64,000 nt of DNA, taken from positions 26,660,001 through 26,724,000 of the forward strand of contig OZ024740.1 in NCBI GenBank assembly GCA_964016885.1. Direction: 5' to 3'. Each line of letters begins with the position of its first letter. The stretch's first letter is position 1. Both the position numbers and the translations under genes were made by a program. Below, in pieces: positions 29,590-40,289 of this stretch. The notes under the pieces are model-generated. The model saw nothing but the letters and a program-made list of their open reading frames with translations. It did not search any database and had not been told where the DNA came from. This DNA is from Eledone cirrhosa. Taxonomy: Eukaryota.

Positions 29590-29679
29590 TCCTCTTGATA
29601 AGTCGGCAGACCTCGCAAGGACTCTATATCTTTATGACATATTGTTTTTGTTTATGCCACGAAACTACGTAGTCGAGGA
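29590..29679 (+). ncRNA. Type I hammerhead, U3-A8 core variant (UUGAUAA), GUC cleavage site
   Basis: tcctc-TTGATAA-gtcggca...tgccac-GAAA-ctacgtag-TC-gagga: stem I tcctc/gagga, G-C closing of stem II, palindromic stem III. Confidence 0.8.
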
Positions 29680-29912
29680 ATTTAGGAGCAGTTTAGGTAT
29701 GATACATTTTATTACTAATTATATCTAAATGTTTCTTCTCTCTTCATAATGTATTTTTAACTCTGATACTGGTTCAGTCTAGTTCAACTGAATTGGTCTG
29801 TCCCAGTCATTCATTGAGCAACATCGGTGAAGTTGGCACCCTTAACTCACAGTTGGGTGCGAATGCATTCATGTATATATGTGTGTGTCCGCATGTATCT
29901 GTGTGTTTCTAA

Positions 29913-29955
<43 letters not shown>

Positions 29956-30455
29956 GTATTACATATTGAATAATATACAGAAACTTTTTGAAACATTTTA
30001 AAGGCTTTTTCCTATGAATTTTTATGTGTGACGAATGTTACACGCATACTTATAAACATAAGCGAAAGATTCTAGCTTATTTTATAGCCTCAGTGAAAAC
30101 AGAGAGTTACGTAGTCTTGATAACAGCTAATGAGTGGTAAACGATGCCATTTACGATTACGTCTCCTTGTGTTTGCTGAGGCTGTAGGTATGACGTAGAT
30201 CACAACCTTAAATATGCAAATGTTTCTCAAAACCACCGCTGATATTATTCAATATATAATACGTAAATTTATATGTATACTGCTATATAGGAACACTAAT
30301 ACAATATATATATATATATATGTATATATATAAAACGATCTATGTAACATCAGAATTCTTATTTTGTTATCCATCGTAACTAAAAACTACGATTGCTGAG
30401 AGCTTTCCCCTGCTTACTCCTGTTTTTTACCAAAACATTCTCTTCTGAACACAAT

Positions 30456-30564
<109 letters not shown>

Positions 30565-30624
30565 TGAAATCGAAAATGCAACTGGAGTCTTATTTTTAAA
30601 AATATATATATATATTTATTTGGT

Positions 30625-30664
30625 TCATTTACCGGTTTCGCAGTTCTTCTGCTTTTCAAAAGTA
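30625..30664 (-). ncRNA. Type I hammerhead, U3-A8 variant (family P)
   Basis: Reverse complement of 30738-30777 with one stem I substitution. Confidence 0.65.
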
Positions 30665-30737
30665 GAGTTGAGATGGAGGGTCTGTGGTTTTTCTCACATC
30701 TGATGTGATAAAAACCACAGACCCTCCATCTCAACTC

Positions 30738-30777
30738 TACTTTTGAAAAGCAGAAGAACTGCGAAACCGGTAAAGGA
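30738..30777 (+). ncRNA. Type I hammerhead, U3-A8 variant (UUGAAAA; family P)
   Basis: tactt-TTGAAAA-gcag(aagaa)ctgc-GAAA-ccgg-TA-aagga. Confidence 0.8.
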
Positions 30778-30906
30778 ACCAAATAAATATATATATTTTT
30801 TTTTAAATAAGACTCCAGTTGCATTTTCAATTTCATCTTTTTTTCTTTATACTTTCACTCGTGTAGGACACCTCGGTTATTTTTCATTTTGTAAAAAAAA
30901 CGTCAC

Positions 30907-30951
<45 letters not shown>

Positions 30952-31294
30952 TATTAACCTGTAATTGTAAGATAGCATTGTGATTTTTTTTATTCATTTC
31001 TCACTTTCTAATTTTATATATTTTTGTATTTCTTTCTAGTACTTTTATTGTCTCCTACTCTCATTCGATTAACCTATTCTATAACCTCCCTCCTCCACTT
31101 CATACACTATCCTTAGAATCTGCTGTATACATATCACTTTCAACGCTTGCCCGCGCCACTCAATCCTCTATTGTTCTCCAGGCAAGTTCAGCCAACCCTA
31201 CCTCCCACCAAATGCCATGATAGACTTATTTGTGTTTACAACAAATTTTAACCAATCCTCTTGACAACTACAATCTTCCCATATAAGGAAGTAC

Positions 31295-31373
31295 CCCTTG
31301 ACAAGTTCGGCTATTTATTCACCAGGCTAAAAATTCTAATTTAGTCCAGAAATAGCCGTCGAAACGGCTTGAG
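31295..31373 (+). ncRNA. Degenerate hammerhead, U3-A8 variant (UUGACAA), long stem II
   Basis: ccc-TTGACAA-gttcggctattt..ggctaaa..tttagtc..aaatagccgtc-GAAA-cggc-TT-gag; stem I poor. Confidence 0.45.
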
Positions 31374-31424
31374 CTCTGCCGTCGGGGTCATACATTTTCA
31401 TATATATATATTTATGTAGGGACA

Positions 31425-31630
31425 AAAGATGAAATCGAAAATGCAACTGGTGTCTTTATAAGAATATTTATTTGCTTCCTTTACCGGTGTCGCAGTTCTT
31501 ATGCTTTTCAAAAGTAGGATTGAGATGGAAAGTTTGTGGTTTTTCTCGCATCTGATGCGAGAAAAACCACAAACCCTCCATCTCAATGTAGGACTCGTGT
31601 AGGACATCTCTTTTTGTTTTCATTTTGAAA
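31425..31630. mobile_element. Family P fold-back, older and internally deleted; HHR mutated (GACA)
   Basis: Same arms and same centre (cgcatc-t-gatgcg); the right arm jumps from catctcaa to gtaggac. Confidence 0.8.
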
Positions 31631-32150
31631 AAAATCTCATTCTCTACGATTTCACAGAACTTACGTTCACCGAATTCACAGACTAGATCCCTTCTTCCTC
31701 CCGTTAGACCTGTACGGAATTCCTTCCTTGCTCACATTCCAACCAGGTTTGATGGTCTTTATTCTCTCTCGTTCACGATTTCAGCGAACTTATATTCATG
31801 GAAATTTGGGACTTGACTCCTTCTTCTTCACTTTTCGTTGCTTCACCATCTTTGTTTGTTTACACCCTCGAGTCCCCTTTATTTACGTGTCCCAACGACT
31901 TTTTTTAGCCGTTGCTCGCACCAACCGGAGGTATATGGTCTTTAAAGCGATGAAATACCAATGATGGTTCGAAGATCACTGATGAAGGACTAACTTTATT
32001 CATATGTAACCCATTAGCAACCACGCAGCACGTTTATTCTCATATTTACACATATTTTTTCCCCCGCTGTGACCCGTCTATTTCGATCTTACTGCTTCCT
32101 CTTTCTCTGTATCTTTACCCTCTCTAACAGTCACTCTCTCTGTTAGCCCT

Positions 32151-32217
<67 letters not shown>

Positions 32218-32659
32218 TTATCTTTCTCCCTTTCTCTCTCTCCCGCTTTGTGTCTCTCTTTTCATACTCTTTCTTTCTCTATTTTCATTTTCCCCTCTCC
32301 ACCTATCTTCCGTCTCTCCCGTGTTTATGATTCTGACAATTCACACTCATCAACCCAGATTCACACATTCTTAATCAACTTCCACCACCATATAATCACC
32401 AAAAACCAATTAACCCATACAGAAGCACACACAGACATACATACATCTTGATATGTAGGTGTATAATGAGTTCAAATCCCGACAAGGTTTGCTTTGACGT
32501 TCATGCTTTCGGGGCCGATAAATGACCAGTAACGCTCTGGGGTCTATTTCACCGACTCCCCCTCCCTTTAAATCGCTGGGATCTTGCCATTTGTAGAAAC
32601 ACGTGTTCGTCTACTTTGGCTTTGCTTTCATAGTGACAGAGACCGAGTAAGAGTAAGAG

Positions 32660-32878
32660 AGAGAGAGATAGACGTGAGAGAGGGGGATATTTCTTAGAGA
32701 CAGAGACAGAGTGAGAGTAATAGAGAGAGAAGTTGAGTGTGTATTAGAGAGATATAGACGTGAGAGAGGGGGAGATTTCTTAGAGACAGAGACAGAGTGA
32801 GAGTAATATAGAGAGATAAGTTGAGTGTGTATTAGAGAGAGCTACGTGGGGGTGCTGGAGATTTCTTAGAGACAGAGA
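32660..32878. repeat. GA-rich tandem repeat, about 88-bp unit x 2.5
   Basis: tagacgtgagagagggggakatttcttagagacagagacagagtgagagtaata...agttgagtgtgtattagagaga repeated. Confidence 0.8.
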
Positions 32879-33095
32879 ATGACCGTAAAGTGTAAATTAT
32901 AGGATATCTAGAAATACTAAGATAGAGAAATTGAAAGAGAGGCAGAAAGCGAGGGTGTGAGATAGATAGAGAGACAGATATATAGAGAGAGGGGTGGAGA
33001 AAGAGAGAGATTGATATACTGAGAGAGTGAGTATGCTATACCAACAATGAAATAAAAAGCAACAGTTTTAGAGAAAAGATAGATAAAAGAGAGAG

Positions 33096-33177
<82 letters not shown>

Positions 33178-33720
33178 TGGGAGAGAGAGAGAGATGAGAG
33201 ACAGTGTGAGGATGAAAGGATAAAGAGACAATATAAAGGTGCGGTCAATATATATATTGACAGATAAAGTGTGGAGATAGAATTAAGCGGGCGGGGAGAG
33301 AATTAGAGATAGACGCAAAGGGGGATAGACAGACTCAGAACGAAGAAGAGATACAGAATCAATGATAAAGAGACTGACACAGACAGAAAATAACATTCCT
33401 CACATTGTTTGTTAGTATAATATATAATTTTACATTTCACTCATATTATTTCATCTTTTATTTCCATCAAAAATCTTGTTGTGTGTGACGTCATGCTAAC
33501 TATTTTCTAATAATGGTTGGACAGAATAATGGAATAAGCTAGCAGTGAAATGAACAAAGTCATACGCACTGGATAACTCAATTAACGAACACACTGTTGA
33601 CGTCATCGTCAATCTCTCTGATCAGCCATTTTTTTTTTTTTGTTTCTTTTAGTTGCGATGTGTGGAGATTGGTGAAAAGGACGGGTAAATAAATGTAATA
33701 TTTAGTGAAAATTCTTTGAA

Positions 33721-33909
33721 TAATTGTTTCTACTTTTGGCACAAGGCCAACAATTTCCCAGTACATTACTGGTACTTTATTTTATCGACCCCGTAAGGAC
33801 GAAAGGCAAAGTTAACCTCGACGGAATTTGAACTCAGACCGTAAAGGGACGTAACTATGCTAGAATGCATGGCGTCCAACCCTCTACCGATACTGCCAAT
33901 CCTCCGCCT
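33721..33909 (-). mobile_element. SINE family A, full length
   Basis: RC ggcggaggattggcagtatcggtagagg...tctgagttcaaattcc...ggccttgtgccaaaagtagaaacaatta. Confidence 0.85.
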
Positions 33910-35269
33910 TTGAATAATATGCGAAAGAGTGGTGTGTTTATAGTAGTGGTCGTGATAGAGGCCAATGCCTGGTGTAATTGCAGTGAATGTAGTTTTAGTT
34001 CTGTGATATTGTGGTGTCATACGTTGTGCTGGTATTGGTGGTCAGGTAATTTTGGAGTATTCGAGAAATTTGAAATAAAGGATTGTGTGATGTTTTTTGC
34101 TATAGAGATAAACTAATTCCCTCATTCCCAATCACATTTTTTTAAGAAGGGGGTGGCTAACAAATGTATTAAGTGCAAAAGCAGAAAGGGAGAAATGTGG
34201 AGACCTCTATCTTCACTTGGCAATACCTCAGCAAAGGCAGAAGATTGGCAGAATCAGTATAATGTCAGTTGTGTTCAACTGTACATTTCATTCTTCCAAC
34301 ATTTGAAGTAAACAACAACAACAACAAATGCTGGCAACAAGTTAATAGTCTAACACATTCCAAAATATTTAACTTGTTACCTATGCCACACATTATTTGG
34401 GAGCATCCTTAAGAATTCATATCAGCTGAGCTATGTTTCTACTGCTAGATAAACTCAGCTGTTGATACACAGGGGATACTTTTGTGGACCCGCTAACGAA
34501 TCGTTAAAGTATTGATTTGTTTTCTTATTATCTATATTAACTTTCTTTTTATGCCAGTGAGGAAAGGTAGAAATATTGTTTTTCTTATTTTCAGTTGTAG
34601 TGCATGGATTTATAAATTTTGTTTCATTTATAAATAATCGAAAGACCAATCGTCCTGTCTTGTGTACATTTGTTTCTGTCTTATGTGCACTGGAGCTAGT
34701 GATATCGACCTTAATACACCAAAACCACAATGAATTACTAGGTCGACTGATGAGAACTTACTATCTTGTGCTTTGTCCTTTTTTCTGTTGTCTTTGTCAT
34801 CCTTGTATTGAATTTATGTATATACACTACTTGACCTGTTGAAAACAGCAATTAAATCTCCTTAGATTATAACTTGCACTCATGAAAATGCAGTACACTG
34901 TAGTTAATATTCGTGGTCGCTAATTGAACAATATGACAAGTATATCATGACCTGAGCAACTTTCATGGAAATCTGTTATATTTTATATTATGTCTGATCA
35001 TTGACTAAATATACCACAGCAACCACTCAGAAACAGTATGTGTCTATTTTGGTGAGTTCGATGGATGCGACGGTCGCTGTCAACCAGCCAGAATGGGAAG
35101 TACTGTCCTGCTTACGCGGCTAATATTGATTTCACCTTATACTGCTCACAAGTATTCTGAATTTTTGAATACCAGATTAACTGGAGTTTGGTATAAGAGA
35201 CAGGATATATTGGTCTCACAAAACTCACAGGTGCATCAGGATATTTCCCTGTCTAATTTGTCGCAACCG

Positions 35270-35392
35270 CATGATAAGAATATTACGCCTAATTGATGGC
35301 AGTTGATTGAAGGTGTCTTGACAAAGAAAGGCATAACTATAATTCACCAGGCTCCGTACTTGCTAGACATGGCTCCTTCTAACTTTTCTGTT
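35270..35392 (+). pseudogene. Mariner-type transposase remnant
   Basis: HD...LTKKGITIIHQAPYLLDMAPSNF resembles the mariner HPPYSPDLAPxDF motif; contains a stop. Confidence 0.6.
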
Positions 35393-36007
35393 AGCCGCCA
35401 GTACATCATGCGAACTGTAAACGTGGAGTTGATAGCCATTCCAGAAGAAGCATTCTACATGTGCAGGGACAGCAAATAGGGCGCAGGGCTGTGTCTGTAT
35501 AACCACAAAGGGGTTTAGAAATTGATTCTTTCATGAGATCTGATACTTTATCGTCATACCGCGCACACACACAACAACCTGACATACACATAAATATAGG
35601 CATACAAATACTACATACATATTCACACAGTTGTAACATCCATCATGCAATGATGGGTGAATGTGAGTATGTGTGTGTGTTTCTGTGTGGAGTGTGTGTG
35701 TCGTTGGGAGGGGTAATGTGCGTATATTTGTGAAAGAGACTCTCATATATCATATTTCTCTTGAAAGCTTCAATTAAGTGAAATTGTATTTGCAATTAGG
35801 AAGCAAAAATCACTTCTAGGTCTTTTTAAACACTACTAAGTCAGATACATCTAGCATTAATTGGGGAATGTAAATGTGATGTTACGAATGGAAGACAATA
35901 AATTGGCAGAGTTGTTAGAGAGGTGTTTGTTGCGGGTTTTAGTTTACCAACGTTTCAAGGTCGATAAATATAGCATCCGCCCAAAGCTTTATGAGTATCA
36001 ACAAATC

Positions 36008-36292
36008 CCAGCTTACAATCGTGAGGCTGTGAGTTCGATTCTAGAACCGGGCTTTTTGCGTTGTATTCGTGAGCAAGAGATTTTATTTCACGTTGTTCCA
36101 GTTCACTCAGCTGTAGTTTCGAGTTGTGACGTCACTGGTGCTAAGTTTTATCAGCCATTGCCTTTCACTTGGATAACATTCATGGCGTGGAGATGGGCGA
36201 CAGTCGGTTTTACAAAGACAACTTTGCTCGGACCTGTGCCTTGGAGGGGAACCTTCTATGTGAAAATCCCATGGACATACGTAACCAAAGAG
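36008..36292 (+). mobile_element. SINE family B
   Basis: gtgagttcgattc (B box) ... gagcaagagattttatttcacgttgttccagttcactcagctgtag, homologous to 21205-21339. Confidence 0.7.
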
Positions 36293-36842
36293 TATTTTTA
36301 CTTTTACCTTTATATATATACACACCCACACATATATATATATATATATACATAGACACACAGGCACACACGTGTGTGTGTATTTCATTCTTGCGTTTGT
36401 TTTGCAAGATGTCTCATCTGTAAACGTGTGTTGAAACAGATATTATTATATTTTCGTAGGGTTATATTGCCAATAAAAATCACATGCACCGCCAAATTAT
36501 TACTATAATTTCACAGTCAGGAGTTTAATATCCGGATGATTGTTTAGTTGTTGATTGTCAAAGCTCTTTCGTCACACATTCTGTGTCCTTCTCGGTTACT
36601 ACTATTGTTGTTACTTTGTGTTTCCTCTTTCTTGGACATAAACAACAACACAAACATCCGGTTAGTCAACTAACCAACTGGGAAATTATAATAATAAATT
36701 GAAGTGAAAGGTAACAGGTATCTACATCTTTCATTGGCAGCATGACAATATATATATATATATATATAAATATATAATATATATATAAATTAATAAAAAC
36801 AATGAAAAAATAACAAAGAACAAGTTCCTTATATTAAAAAAT

Positions 36843-36978
36843 TCATCATTTTACGATCGTTTCTAGGACGTATATGTGTGTTAGTATGTATATCATATAG
36901 ATCTATGTAAAAATATTACAAATTATCTGAGGAAATATACATACCTTCACATATATATGCTGTCTTCAGAAATGATGA
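36843..36978 (-). ncRNA. Type I hammerhead with about 100-nt stem II domain
   Basis: RC tcatcattt-CTGAAGA-cagcatatatatgtg...cacatatacgtccta-GAAA-cgatcg-TA-aaatgatga: 9-bp stem I, palindromic stem III, base of stem II decayed. Confidence 0.75.
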
Positions 36979-37055
36979 GATTTGTTTATTGAAAAAACCC
37001 AACGAAGATTTAATATAAAAGGTCTGTTTCGGAACAGGTTTTGAATTGACCAATA

Positions 37056-37161
37056 GAAAAGTAGTTAGAGGTCAAGTTGATAGAATAGTGGTAGTAGAAA
37101 TTTAATTTAAGGGTAGTCTACTACCACTATTCGATCAACTTGACCTCTAACTACTTTCTCT
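37056..37161. repeat. Inverted repeat (about 43-bp arms) at the 5' end of the HHR element 36790-37161
   Basis: aaagtagttagaggtcaagttgatagaatagtggtagtaga / tctactaccactattcgatcaacttgacctctaactacttt. Confidence 0.85.
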
Positions 37162-37296
37162 GACATATATATATACATCCTTGTACACATACATATACAC
37201 ACATCTATATACACACATACATATATACACATACCTATACATATACACGCACGCAGAGACAAGCTCTCATGCATAGACACGCACACACATATATAC

Positions 37297-37334
<38 letters not shown>

Positions 37335-37704
37335 TTATATATACATACATACACATACACATACATACATACATACTCACATTTACACATATACACACAT
37401 ACATACATATATATATATATAAATACACACATATATATATATATGAATTTGTTTAGCAAGTTTCTCTATCTGAAAACGTGTGTTGAAACCGATATTGTTA
37501 TATTTTTTTAAATTTATAATAAATTCGAGTGAAAGGAACTGGTGCGTGTGTTTCTTATTGACAACATGACCCTCCCAAAGTATAACAATATATATATATA
37601 TATTTACCCATACATATACACATATACATATATACATACATATATATACACATATATCTACATACACGCACATACACAGATAGATACATACACCGACACA
37701 TATA

Positions 37705-37768
<64 letters not shown>

Positions 37769-37866
37769 TATAGACATAGAATATTCGAAAATATTCTGTA
37801 TGTTTATAATAAACATTTTGAAGACCTAATCGCTATAGAATAGAATACGTCACGTATTACAATTAG

Positions 37867-37955
37867 ATTCTCGATAAAAGCAAGGGAAGTAATCTACGCG
37901 TTTCATTCTCGTTAGAAATCATCAGGACTACATATCCAGTGCTTTTATCGAGAAT
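37867..37955 (-). ncRNA. Type I hammerhead with extended stem I
   Basis: Reverse complement of 38176-38264. Confidence 0.85.
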
Positions 37956-38175
37956 ACGTGACGTATTCTATTCTATTCTATTCTATAGCGATTAGGTCTT
38001 CAAAATGTTTATTATAAACATACAGAATATTTTCGAATATTCTATGTCTATATTCACATATATATCGCTATTTCAGAGCATTTATTCCAATTTCTAATTT
38101 CTGCCGGACCGGCAACCGCTCTTTCAAACCAGTTCCTGTGCACAGCTAAGTATTCTATAAGTCTCTAGCTGTGTC

Positions 38176-38264
38176 ATTCTCGATAAAAGCACTGGATATG
38201 TAGTCCTGATGATTTCTAACGAGAATGAAACGCGTAGATTACTTCCCTTGCTTTTATCGAGAAT
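38176..38264 (+). ncRNA. Type I hammerhead with extended, internally looped stem I
   Basis: attctcgataaaagca-ctggatat-gtagtc-CTGATGA-tttct(aacg)agaat-GAAA-cgcg-TA-gattac-ttccct-tgcttttatcgagaat. Confidence 0.88.
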
Positions 38265-38395
38265 CTAATTGTAATACGTGACGTATTCTATTCTATAGCG
38301 ATTAGGTCTTCAAAATGTTTATTATAAACATACAGAATATTTTCGAATATTCTATGTCTATATTCACATATATATCGCTATTTCAGAGCATTTAT

Positions 38396-38445
<50 letters not shown>

Positions 38446-38447
<2 letters not shown>

Positions 38448-39782
38448 AGTTAAGAACTCAGAGTAGTCTCTTACGATTAAATAGCTCTAAGAAAAAAGCT
38501 TTTCTGAGCCGTACAATATAATTGAATAACCAAGAGAGATTAACACTAATATAAACATACATGTGTTCGAATCGTAAGGACCAAATTTACTAGGATGAAA
38601 AAATACTAACTACAGCAATATGGTTTGTTATCCTTAACTTTAAATATTAAATTAAGAAAAATTAAGAAAAATAACAGACCTATATTGGGCAAAATGCCTG
38701 GTAACAACTAGACAGTGTTGGAGACTCTTACGCAACGACTTATTAAGTGAAGTTCTCACGTTTCCCTGCTCCTCGGTTGTTGTTGAGAAATTAGTGATCC
38801 TTTCACTTCTAAAAATATTAGAGAATGAATTGTGTACGATATGAATTATCGCACGTGTCATTCGGAACCCAGCTTGTCTCGAAATTCCCCGCCGCTAAAA
38901 ATAGCACCCTGGCTGACAGGACATTAAACATTAGCTCTGCATGATGGAGTCGACAAATATATAGTGAGTTAAGAACTCAGAGTAGTCTCGTACAATTAAA
39001 TAGCTCTAAGAAAAAAGCTTTTCCGAGTCGTACAATATAATTGAATAACCAAGAGAGATGAACACTAATATAAACATACATGTGTTCGAATCGTAAGGAC
39101 CAAATTTGCTAGTGGGAAAAAATACTAACGAAGGAGGTGGATGGGGTAATTTGTCGAGTGGGTTTTTTAAAAAAAAAAGGAAGTCTTTTTTAGCCATCTG
39201 GCATTAACACTGGCTTAAGGTATTTGAAAGTTGCAAAGTATTTGTGGATGCAATTCGGGCAGTGTTCAGAGAGTTTGTTCAGTAACGGGCCCTTGGCAAA
39301 TAGTATTTCGTAGCTCTCTGAGATACAAAGGTCGCACACTTATGTCCTCCCTTGTATGAGCGCGCTTTCTGGAGTATTTTCCATTTAAGCGTGAAGGAGG
39401 TGGAGTTTCTTTTGGTGTCCCAAACATAAAGGCGCGTGTTGTCTGATTTGATTTGTCCGGTCTTCTAAAAGAGTGGGCATGGGTATACCAGCGGGTCTTA
39501 AAATTATTGAAAGTCATGCCGATGTAAGTCTTTTTGTTGTTGCCATCATCGGTGCCTGAGATGACATCACATTTGTATACGATGTCATTTATGAGGCATT
39601 TGTTTTCAAGTGGGCAGGCTTCCTTATATAGGCAGTTGCACAAGGCCTCAGTCCGGGGATTGGGTTCAGAGGTGATTGGCTTTTTTAATTTTTTAGAATT
39701 GAGATTGGCTATATTCCTAGCTACGTTAGGTGTAGTAGAGTAGGAGAGTCTTATTGTGTTCTTATTGAAGATGATGTAGTAC

Positions 39783-39783
<1 letters not shown>
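38446..39783 (-). mobile_element. 5'-truncated Penelope-like element (Nematis-like) with pseudo-LTR-like direct repeat
   Basis: GIY-YIG coding end followed by a 3' region in which 38446-38610 repeats at 38966-39129; (TA)n at both ends. Confidence 0.8.

Positions 39784-39784
<1 letters not shown>
39220..39784 (-). pseudogene. PLE RT-thumb end + GIY-YIG endonuclease, frameshifted
   Basis: IFNKNTIRLSYSTTPN; CNC...CPLENKCL; DIVYKC...TYIGMT..NFKTRWYTHAHSF. Confidence 0.9.
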
Positions 39785-39858
<74 letters not shown>

Positions 39859-39860
<2 letters not shown>

Positions 39861-40113
39861 TCAAAATATGGTTAAAAGAGATCCATGTATTTTATTATGC
39901 GCATTTCATGTCTTCCTATTTTATCTGATGAAAACACAAATATTATTGCATGATGATATTTGTTTTTGAAATGCGCATAATAAAATACATGAAACTCTTT
40001 AAACAATCTTTTGATCTTATATATTATGTATACTCCAGTCCTATAAATTGTAGAGTGCTTCTTATCCGATATCTGCATTGCTTTATTGTACTACAATACA
40101 ACTCACCTCCTAC
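39859..40113 (+). mobile_element. Solo HHR-bearing pLTR-like element (family N) with inverted 5' arm
   Basis: 39859-39908 is an inverted copy of 39967-40016; homologous to 46024-46120, 47330-47497 and 47523-47876; (TA)n both sides. Confidence 0.85.
39917..39987 (+). ncRNA. Type I hammerhead (family N)
   Basis: tattttat-CTGATGA-aaacacaaatattatt(gcatg)atgatatttgttttt-GAAA-tgcgca-TA-ataaaata. Confidence 0.88.
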
Positions 40114-40242
40114 ATTAAATATATATATATATATATATATATTATTAAAAAAAATATATATATATATATATGTGTATGAATTAAGTAGTTCCGTCGGAAA
40201 GGTCCAGGAAAACAAACACACACACGCACGCACACACACACC

Positions 40243-40276
<34 letters not shown>

Positions 40277-40289
40277 CCCAAACCCCACC

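Larger units (their letters stand above)
28503..29918. mobile_element. HHR-bearing non-autonomous element: 595-nt unit as partial tandem plus head-to-head inverted copy
   Basis: 28503-28757 repeats at 29098-29354 (offset 595); 29355-29918 is a circularly permuted reverse complement; both outer ends abut (TA)n. Confidence 0.9.
37762..38400. mobile_element. Retrozyme-like element: about 311-nt unit, partial tandem plus head-to-head inverted copy
   Basis: 37956-38090 repeats at 38276-38400; 37762-37955 is the reverse complement of about 38176-38370; (TA)n on both sides. Confidence 0.9.
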
